Below are positions 54,626 through 64,000 of a DNA stretch of 64,000 nt, one piece after another. How positions within the stretch are numbered: the stretch's first letter is position 1; each line of letters opens with the position of its first letter. The notes beneath the pieces were generated by a model. That model was not told the DNA's origin. It did not search any database and saw only the letters and a program-made list of their open reading frames with translations. Location: contig OZ076413.1 in NCBI GenBank assembly GCA_964187785.1, positions 49,602,001-49,666,000 of the forward strand. The letters are read 5' to 3'. Origin of the DNA: Amphiscolops sp. MND2022. Taxonomy: Eukaryota. Made by a program: the position numbers and the translations under genes.

Positions 54626-54996
54626 CAGGGGTGTTCATTATTGTATTGTAATTTAAATCTAAGCCTACGAAAATCAATAATTCAATTTTCCACAAAAATC
54701 AATAATTGAAATTATTGTGCTCAAAAACAAACTGATGAAGAAACTTGAATTGCTCTGCGAACTTTGAAAGTTTCTTTCTATAATAAGTCATCATAAATCT
54801 CGCTCGAGAGGATTTTTTTCAAGTAACCAACTTTTTCGATTTGTTAATGTTACACTGCAATTAATAATTTCCCCCACAGGATTACGAGCAATCAATAATT
54901 GTTGGAAAACAGAGACGTAAAATCAATAATTGTAATTGTTTAACTTAAATTGAATTGCAATAATTGTTCTTTGCAATAATTAATTGAACACCCCTG
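54626..54996. mobile_element. hAT-type MITE inserted into a palindrome arm
   Basis: TIR CAGGGGTGTTCA; 8-bp TSD CTTCAGTA. Confidence 0.88.
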
Positions 54997-55230
54997 CTTC
55001 AGTATCTCAGTATCGGATGCGAATTTTACCTCCGGGGTAAAATTCGCATCCGATACTGAGATACTGAAGCCAAAACTGTTTCGTCCAATCAGATTTTAGA
55101 ACCAACCAACGAGTCGTCATCTGGAAGGACAAATTTTTCTGATGATCAACTTGCAAAGCGAACAAAAGATCGGTCGTCTCGACACGAACTTCTAGACCTA
55201 TTACACAGTCTGAAATCCAACCTGTCAAAC

Positions 55231-56540
55231 TTGAAAGCGAATGGTCAATGTGTGAACAACTTCTTGACTCAAGGACGACCTTCGGTGGACGAAATTGAAG
55301 ATATTTCCTACCCACTTGAAGAATGGATGGAGGAAATTGAACCCTTGGTTTCCCACTTCAATGCCCAAAACTTCGCAACCCTCAGTGAGGAGAATTTGAA
55401 GCAAGAACAAAACAAATGCCTGGAACTTCAAGAAGGGGTTCAAGCTCAGATAATCTCAATTGGCAAGTTACAGAAGAATATGTTGAGGCCTTGTACAGTA
55501 GTGATATTATTAAAAGCAACAAAAGGCAAATCTCAAAACCGAATATCTCTAAAACAGCAGCGATTTTTGAAAAATGATAAAGTGAACGTTTCTTAGATTT
55601 TTATCTAGTTTACAAATATGTTTGTTTGAAGACTATGCGATGAAAATTGTAGAAGTTACGATAGGCCATTTTCAGCCAAATTTAGGTCAAAATTGAGGTT
55701 TTTCTCACTTTTGGGCTACTTTTCCCCAAAATTTTTGAAAAAATTTTTGTTCAATTGACCCCCCTGATTTAACTGAAGCTCCTGATATGTTTTGATTTAG
55801 AAATCATCTTAAAATCGTAAAGAAAATGCGCTGTAAAATTGAACTTTTTCGAAAATACATGTATTAAGATACGATTTTGAAATATAACCACTTAAAACAA
55901 GCTCGTACTAATACAATTTACAATATTTTTGAGAAAAAATTATATTGTCAGATTCAAAATGTTTGGGAGAATTTTTCTGTTAAAATTGTTTTGAAATCAA
56001 AAAATTGTAAGTGGGTCAAAAATTCAAAAAACTAAAAAATGATGTTTTGGAAATCGCTCTCGACCAATGAAATGAGCGCGTGAGACTTTATTTAGCCAAT
56101 GAGATTTGTTTATTTGCTCTCTTTCCGCGTGCTTTGTTGCTTAATAATATAGTTGTTGTAGTAATAATAATATCACTACAGTACAAAACCATTCAAAACT
56201 CACAGATTCAGAACAGCACCCAAGATAACGAATCAGTGGCTAGTTTGAGCGACCGCGTGATCGGAATCATGAACAGATACAACGCCATTTCTTCCAACGT
56301 GGAGGAAAGAGCGCAACAACTGTATTTCGACATAGAGGAGTCCTTACAGGTATTGAGATTGTGATTGTTATGTATCCGAAGAAACTGAAAGAACAGCTGA
56401 AGAATCTATCGCAAGTTAGAACAAATCTGGAGGACACCGGTGCCGAAATTGACAAGATCAAGGCCAACGCTGAGCAAATGTTGAAGAGTATTCCTCACAA
56501 TCGAATTTATTATTTCGAACAATATATTGTCAATTCATGA
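55231..56540 (+). CDS. Possible spliced coiled-coil protein (exon-like blocks ~55231-55460, 56207-56349, ~56370-56540)
   Basis: E/Q/K-rich helical segments on both sides of a MITE-like insert (~55496-56182); exon structure not resolved. Confidence 0.3.
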
Positions 56541-56888
56541 TATTATTCATTTATTAAATAAAAATATAATTGATATTATTCAATAAAAAATTAATAACGT
56601 ACATATGTGGTTTTGATCCCTGTCGTGAGCAACATCAAGAAACGTTGTAACTGGAGTAACTATAAATTGAACAAGTAATTTTTGTCGGGCACAAATTCTA
56701 GCTGAGATTACAAATCTCAACGAAAAAAACTTTTGCCCATTTTGATGTAGTTTTAAAGAGGCTCTCAGTTTGGGGATCACATAGTGTCGCCCGTAACAAG
56801 ACCCACGACGCGAACGTGGCCTCTGAAGGGTCTCAAAATCTAATTTACAAATTCTACAAAATTATACTAACTACACTTTTACAAAAAT

Positions 56889-57104
56889 TTAATTATACAA
56901 AATGCTATTTACAGGTAATCTACAGTAAGGACATCTAACAAGGTCTGCACTCGCTAAACTATCTAAATAGTGTTTTATACACTCTCTACAAGCTAAATGT
57001 AATTTATGTTCTAGGTGAAAACTTTGTAATTCTACTATTCTAAAGTTTTCGTAGCAGATCATGCATTCTTTATTCTTCGAAGCAGCAGCTTTCTTCACCC
57101 TCAT
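56889..57104 (-). CDS. Small RING-finger protein (71 aa)
   Basis: ECMICYE...HKLHLACRECI...RCPYCR. Confidence 0.75.
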   Translation of the reverse strand: MRVKKAAASKNKECMICYENFRIVELQSFHLEHKLHLACRECIKHYLDSLASADLVRCPYCRLPVNSILYN

Positions 57105-57671
57105 CGATTGGGCTATTCAGAATGTTGGCTGTTGATTTAGAATGGCGAAAGGATAGAAGGAAGAATAAGAATAAGAATGAAATTTTAAAGACTTGTAGAG
57201 ATTTTAGAGATTTGTATAGAGCGAGGGAAGAAATGAGTGACAAAATGAAAGACTTCACGAAAAAGTTTCAATTTCGTAAATCCTTTCACGAACCATGCCG
57301 GGACTGAACGAAATTTTCACCGATACCGAACACCTGTGACGTCATAATTAACTGTATTGCATTTCTGATGCGCGCTAACCTTTCAGCTATATCGCCTTGA
57401 AAGAAATCAATTACCATTCGCAAATGTTGAAGAGTCACTCTTCAACATTTGCGAATGGCCCATTCCCGGGGAATTGATTCCTTTCAAGGCGATATAGCTG
57501 AAAGGTTATAATAAATAAAAATAAATAAAAATAAAAATAAATGAAATAAAATATACAAATAATGAATTCGATTGTGAGGATTCATGATATTATTCATTTA
57601 TTCAATCGATTAAAAATTAATTGATGTTTATTGATATTATTCAATAAAAAATTAATAACGTACATATTTGG

Positions 57672-57868
57672 TTTTGATCCCTGTTGTGAGCAACATCAAG
57701 AGAAGTTGTAACAAATAATCTATACGAAGTTGAAACTTTATCAAACCGAAAACAGTAGTTTATGGAATACCGATCTTGAATTATTGAACTAAAAACGAAG
57801 TTTGGACCATGTGCCTTATCCTCCCTCAGATAAATACTGTTTCTTATCCAACAACACCCCCCCCATCC
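57672..57868 (+). repeat. 197-bp direct repeat of 31462-31658
   Basis: Two mismatches; begins with the 19-bp element motif. Shorter copies at ~52915, ~53013 and ~56611. Confidence 0.92.
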
Positions 57869-58329
57869 AAGACTTCCCAAACAAATGAAAGTAGGTCTCA
57901 TAATGAAGGGGCGGTTGCTTCATTGAACTTGGTAATTTTGGTCCCTGTCGTAAGCACTTCCTGTAGTCAGATTTACTGTTTATGCGATTTGATACTGTGT
58001 AGGCGAATCAAGCAGTGTAGTTACGAGTCGGCGTGTGTAGCTCACCAGTAAAAACCCGTAATTGCCAGAACTATGTGTAAATATGAGATGCACAGTGTAG
58101 TTAGTCAAATTGCTTAAACTAGTCATATGGTGTAAGCTAGTCAATTACTGTACTATCCAATGGTGTAAACTAGTCAACGTACGTAGCAAAATCAACGAGT
58201 GTAACGGCCTATCAATGCGCGTAATGTGAGAAAAGTGTAAAACTTCCAAAAAAAATATTCGCGCTCTGATTGGACAAAAATCGAACTAGCAGGATCCTGC
58301 TAGTTCGTACCGGCATGTGTATCGTAATG

Positions 58330-61300
58330 TTCGAAGCGACCTTTAATGGTGTTAAAGTCCTGCTTTACCGATCGTGATAGAGAGCGATTACCGACGTTTG
58401 CGTCTAAAGCGCTCAAAGCTGATTGAATAGAAACAAGTGGAGAGAATGTGTGTGTCCATTCGTCCAGGAATCGAAAACGAGGAAATTGAGGGAGGATAGA
58501 TATTATCAGTTCAAACCACCATTGGAATTTCACTCATCCACAACAAAACTCTGAAAACAACTCTGACTATATGAAAACAAAGGATAAGATCTAGTGTTGT
58601 GGTAGTACGGAGGTTTTCAAGACAGCTACGCAAGCTGTTGGCGTGTACCAAGTCTGATACTCGATTATCGGTGATCAATAGCCACCAATGTCGCACAATT
58701 TGGTAAACATCACCAGCGCGTGCTATTATTCCATACTTGTCGCGGAGCAGATCGGCAGTAATGCAACGAACCATCTGATTCGGCTCTCATTCGTAATTGA
58801 AGGGTCCAATTGCAATATTGGAGAGTGCTGGTGGAATGGTGACTGGCAAAGTAAATTCAAGACCATAGTGATCGTGGGTCCATTCCTTAAATCTGGGACA
58901 ATGAGCTTTAGTTGATTCAGACTCATTCAATTTTGTCATGATAAGTTCTATAGAGAGTGACTGAGAGCGTTCCACCCCCGAATAGGTGTTTTCATTGCGT
59001 ATGACTAATCGATTCACCATAAGGGATTTAATGGTTTCGTTGATCGCAAGGATTCCCCGGGGTCGTATCGGGTCATCCCCGTCAATCAAGAGGTTGAAAG
59101 TACAATCACGTAATCCGCAGGTTCCACAACAAAAGCGTGGGGCTCGATCACGTCGCAGCCCATATCGTAGGTTATTAGGTGGGGCTGATGGCCCTTGGTC
59201 AGTGGTTACGTGGGCACTAGGGTCAGAGACATCAGAATCAGATGTCGATGATGCAGTTTGTTGGATAGGAATAGGAGCCTTTCTAGGTGGACGACCTCTG
59301 CGACGTCCTGTTTTACGTTTACCTTTGCGATGACCTTGCATCGGTCTATTTTTACTGGTGGTAGTGCTTGCTGGGGGTCGTCCCCTGCGTTTGCGGTCTC
59401 GTTGAGTAATTGCCGAAGATACGTGCCCGTGGGCATCCATGAAACTTGTTGCTGCATTCCGTGAATCCGTCGGATTTGTGGCTTGTGGATCGTGGGTTAT
59501 GGGTTGATCCAGTTTTGGCCATCTCGTGAAATTGCTGAGTACATGCGTTAGGGAGGGACTGGCTAGTAGTGGGGCTGAAGTGCCTATCAAAGCAGTTCCA
59601 TGTTCGGTGACCGTTTGCTGAATTTCTCGTTCGTTAGGAGGTGGTTCTTGATCTTCGTGTTCCGAAACGAGGGTTTCGGCTATATTGTGGAGGGGTCAGA
59701 GGCACTTCGATTGGATGGATGGCAAAAATTTCAGGGTGAATCGCTAGTTCCTGTTCCTTATTGGTTTCCGTTTGGGCACTAGATAAGAGGACATTTGATG
59801 TCTCCTCATCCGTGTCGATTGAGGAGCAAATTGTAGATAATAGCGACGAATTCCTCCTGCACGCATTCGTGTACGGAGTGTGGTGTCCATCCAGTGTCTT
59901 TGTCTGGGTGGTAAAGAGGTATTCCTCGCCGTCGAAATTGGTTCCTCCTCACGGTAGGATGGCTGTGAAGCATCATCAGGAATTTCTTCAAGAGATTGTT
60001 CCTGCTCTGGGTCCATAATGACAGCTGCGTCACCACTGTTAGTAGGAATAGTAGCCCACTCAGTTGTCATATTGTACCAATTCACTGAAGTATCCACTCT
60101 GGATGTTCTTCATGTGAAACCTGATGTCGCCGGGTTTGTCGTGTACCTGTTGGCAGGTTAGACATTGATTCGATTCACATGCTGCCCAATGGTTTTGCGG
60201 ATGCCTGGCCATGTGTGGCGTTCTTGGATTCTCGCTAACACCTTGGCCATGCTTTGATGACCCATGGCATCATGAGCCTTGAAGAGAATTTCGTGTTGGT
60301 ACAGTTGCGGCATGATGATCATGCGGGGACGGGTATGCAGTCCACGTTGATTTCTTTGATACTTTACGCATAATTGTTTCCATAATAGTTGGTAATAGAT
60401 AGTCTTGTCTACATTCCTCAGTCAATTCGATCCAATCTGCTGGATATTCAGGATAGTTTTTCACAAGAAGTGATTCGTCCATTGGCGGTAAAGTGGGCAG
60501 CGGTGTTTTAGTGCCTTTTCACGAGATGCAATCTTCAGAGCCCGGTTACGTACGCGCCACCTTTTATGTTGTTTGTGGGTGTTTTTTATCAAAACTCTTG
60601 AGATGCTCGGGTAGTTCTGGATGGTTTGGGATTACTCGTCCCGGAATATCAAACCATGGTACCAGAGGAAGTTTATCATACTCTTCCTGAGATTGGAAAT
60701 TCCACTTCTCTGCAATTGGGGGTAGTTCTCCCAGCTGTCGCTCATGCTTCTTGTAGTCATTTGTTCGCTTGCCAAGTCCGTCTGCATTTCGATGTTGTGT
60801 TCTTGGACGGTGTTGGATAGCAAAGTGGTATTTCTCTAGTGCCATGATCCATGGCACGTTGAAAAGTTGCTGAAGTATTGCACATCCCAAAAAGCATGCG
60901 GCGCCACTCAAATAGCCCTAGTGCACACGCGGAGGCTGTCTTTTGTCGATCGGCTTTTTGTAGTGGAATTTGCCAGATTGCAAGCTCAATACTGGTATAA
61001 ATTTTTGCTTTGCCCAGCCGTGAGAGGCTTTCAATAATTCGAGGTAGTGGATAGGCATCTTTGATAGTGACTTCATTTAAGGGGATGAAGTGGCAACAGA
61101 AACGTAGTTCACCAGTCATTTTCTTGACCATGACGATACCACTTTCCCATGGAGGTAGTGAAGGCTGGATCATGCCAAGTGACGAGAAGTCCCGCACCTC
61201 TTGGTTTGCGCGTTCTGTTTTCTCTGGGGACATTCTACGTGGACCTTCGCGATGGGGTACAGCTCCTGGTTCTAGTTCCACCGGGTGTTTTGCAATTTCA

Positions 61301-64000
61301 CATTTACTATTATCAGTTTTATATTTCATAAAAAGATCATCAAATTCGGAAAGGAGTATCTCAAGTGTGTCGCGGGCGGTCGAACCCCATAAGTTGCAAA
61401 CTTTGTCATGCTGCGCTTCCGGACCGGAATCGAGGTCAAAAGTGCCGGATAAGTACGTTTTCTGATATCGCGTTCCGATAGCCCGAGTACGGACGGATCG
61501 GTAGACGATAAAATTTCAAATTCAGACGGAGAACTATATTCAGAACTAGTGTCTATGTTCATTCCTTCATAAACTTTATAAATAAATTTGCAGCATCTTC
61601 GTTTTCAGTTTGTTGGTCGGGAGCAACCTGTGGGATAGCTTTGTGAACTAAGATCACGGGTGCCGCCGTACCCAAAAGGGTACCCTCTTTGATCCTTTGA
61701 ACGTTGCTTGTCAAGTTGCATATACTGATGTAAAGGAAACCCGTCTCTCCCACTGTGGCCACGGTGTCTTCTAAAGACATTGCCTGTTTCAGAACACGAG
61801 TTGGCGCTCGAAAATTGATTAGGACGTTTCGAAATAGGTAGGGTTCTAAGTTGTCGACTGAACGTTTTGCACGTAAGACGGTGCGTTCGAACAGTTGTAA
61901 AACGGTGTCTTGTGCTAATGCTACGGAGGCCGAACGCAACTCATTACCCACCTGCGCGTGCGCATGATACCAGACTGGTCGTGAGGGTCGCGGACTACCT
62001 CTTTCATTGCTGTCAAGTCAACAAGGACTTGATAGGTTCTCAGAAAATTCCGTGCCAGCAGGAAATCTTCCACACCCATAGCGTCGTCAACAACAACTAA
62101 GTTGGTCTCGAGATCGTAGCCTCCCAGTTGGAACTTCACTTGCTCTGCCAGGCCAAATGTCCTAATAGTTTTTCCGTTGGCGGCATATAGGTCAACACCA
62201 TAAGGTCGCATCAAAGTGCCTGGATGCACAGCCAGCTTGTTGTATGCAGAGAATGTTAGTATGGATACGACTGAACCAGTGTCGATCAGTCCTCGTATAG
62301 TCGCTGCATCAGGGATGGTGAAGGATACTACGAGCGACGCACGCTCATCGATCCTCGCTTCTACGGTTGGTTCTTGTTGATCAATGTTGTAGCTTCTCAA
62401 TTCGTGTTGACCCAGACAGATTCCCGGGGGAAAAGTATCAGTAATGACGGTAGCCTCAAAACGTACATCTACTCCATCTACGTTTACCTTCACTGCGACT
62501 GGGGAATATGCATGGTTTGTTGGTGTCATACGCTTCACTTGCCATTCCTCGGGTTGGGGAAACGTCAGTTGTCGTTATTTTTGATTTTCAGCAATTTCGT
62601 AAATTAGCGCATCGATAGTTATATCAGGACGCGGTTCGCGTTCTATCGCCAGTAGCAAACGAATTGACAATATCGTTCGTCCGGATGGGTCAAAAGTGGT
62701 GGGCTCGGGGTTGGTTTGTAATGAATTTTTCCGCATGTGATAGTCAGAGGCAACGCAATGTGGGCAGCTTCTGATGGTCGTAACATCAATACCATTTCGT
62801 TGTCACTCATCGTGTGAGAGGTTTGTGGCTGTTCAGCCCAGAGGCTGTAGTCTAATGTCTCTTGTATTGCCGTATTCTGTCGTTGCGAGGCGGAAAGCTC
62901 GGTCATGCCGAAGTAGACACTGAATATTGGGCCTGTGCATCCGGATGTCATTGTTTCTTCACAATAATTCTTTTGATCGTCTTGAGCTACAGGATCTTGT
63001 GGCTTTCTGGCTTGATCCTTAGTTGGGCATTCTCGGGCAAAGTGACCTGGTTGGCCACAATTGAAACAATTTACCTGGGGAACTCACATTGGTTGCAGTG
63101 GGATCTGTTTCACCGAAGGGGTGCTAGGTTGGGGTATCACGGGTTTTATATTTTGTTGCATCTGAGGAGGTGGTAGCACGTTCACTGGCATCCCGGGTGA
63201 TGGGTGAATCAGTTTCGCTGTCATGAAAGGATGAGGTCTCGACCTCATTGCGTATCTAGGGTCATAGGGCTTGGCAGTTAATGACCGATGCCTTTGTAAT
63301 TGGCGCGTGGTGAATCGTAGGGACTCAGCGATGGGTGGATCCGTCAAGAAGTTTTCGGCTGGATAAACCACAGCCAATTCTTGGCGCAATATTGGGTCAC
63401 GAACGCCATCAGTAAACCGTTGTAGGGTTTCGTAGCGTATAGTAGTGATGGGCCCATCATGAAATCCGTGTGTTCTCAACCCTTCGAGGGCGTCCAAGTA
63501 TTGCATCCAGTCCTCCTTCTCTTACTAGACACGCAACAAGAACGTTTGTCTCACATGCATCCTGTTTCCGTCAGTTCCCAATCTACTGGCCAAAAGGGTA
63601 AAAACCTTTTGGGATTGACCCGTTCTGGTTCAGAATTGTTAATGATATAGTTTCTCGTTTCTCCTTCCAGATGGTCAATTATTGCCCATGCCTTATCTAC
63701 TTCTGTGGATTTGGTATGTACACGTTCGAGAAAGCGTTTCATAAAGAGGAGCCATCCATATACATTACCGTTTTTGTACCTTTGTACACAGTTGGTAGAG
63801 ATCTAGTTTGTTCTCTGCCGGTTATCAATGGTGCTAGCTCCTTAGACATTGCTTAGATATTGCTTCGGTGAAATTTAGCTGTTCTGGGTAAATTGAAATT
63901 TCCTCAGCTGGGGCAGGGGGGCTAGACTGCTCGCTCCCTCGTGTGGATTTGAGCGGTTTATTGGAGGTTCCATGAGTCGATACTTCTTTTCGTCTGGTAC
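58330..64000 (-). mobile_element. Ty3/gypsy LTR retrotransposon, decayed gag-pol (continues beyond the window)
   Basis: gag-like 63084-63742; aspartic protease GLIDTGS (61921-62538); RT N-half IQPS..PW.SGIVMVKK..GELRFC...DAYPLPRI...FG (60757-61329) with YxDD deleted; RNase H tail HRP...H.NADGL; integrase H2C2 finger AHDAMGH...WPG...CQ (~60130-60290) with the core deleted; multiple frameshifts. Confidence 0.92.

Larger units (their letters stand above)
30743..58329 (+). mobile_element. Giant (27.6 kb) cut-and-paste DNA transposon with RAG1/Transib/Chapaev-like transposase and chromatin cargo
   Basis: TIRs CATTACGATACACGTACCGGTA (30743-30764) and TACCGGCATGTGTATCGTAATG (58308-58329), 20/22 match. 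TT on both flanks. Subterminal GTAAGTTAGTCAA-type repeats at both ends. It interrupts a retrotransposon and contains a DDE transposase gene. Confidence 0.88.

Noticed and set aside
31369..57955. CRISPR array, or RAG recombination signal sequences, for the 19-bp motif
   Set aside because: Irregular spacing, mixed orientation, eukaryotic context and no cas genes. There is no CACAGTG heptamer with a 12/23 spacer and nonamer.
30743..58329. Endogenous large DNA virus or Polinton/Maverick (RING genes, dispersed hr-like repeats)
   Set aside because: No DNA polymerase B, capsid, packaging ATPase or retroviral-type integrase recognised. The genes have spliceosomal introns, and short TIRs with a 2-bp TSD and a DDE transposase explain the structure.
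30741..58331. Helentron/Helitron2 (TT target, terminal hairpin)
   Set aside because: No HUH Rep or PIF1 helicase ORF; the inverted repeats are exactly terminal and symmetric.

Overview
AT-rich, intron-containing invertebrate-type animal DNA. It is repeat-dense and has no prokaryotic features. 1-24 kb: transposon debris (LTR remnants, MITEs, SINE heads) around six exons of a Cys-loop ligand-gated anion channel gene (13544-22508, +). 24230 to beyond 64000: a decayed Ty3/gypsy LTR retrotransposon on the minus strand. It is split at 30742/58330 by an apparently intact 27.6-kb DNA transposon (30743-58329) with 22-bp terminal inverted repeats (CATTACGATACAC...), a 2-bp TT target duplication and subterminal repeats. 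This element encodes a spliced RAG1/Transib/Chapaev-like DDE transposase fused to a BRCT domain. Its cargo is chromatin-related: a Tudor-like protein, an integrase-like + SET-domain protein, a zinc-finger JmjC (KDM2/KDM7-like) demethylase, two small RING proteins and an RVxF-motif protein. About 26 copies of a 19-bp motif (TTTGRTCCCTGTCGTGAGC) occur only in its introns and intergenic DNA. The main hypothesis is a giant transposon carrying a sequence-targeted chromatin (anti-silencing) module. All gene models and domain calls are manual readings without database searches.
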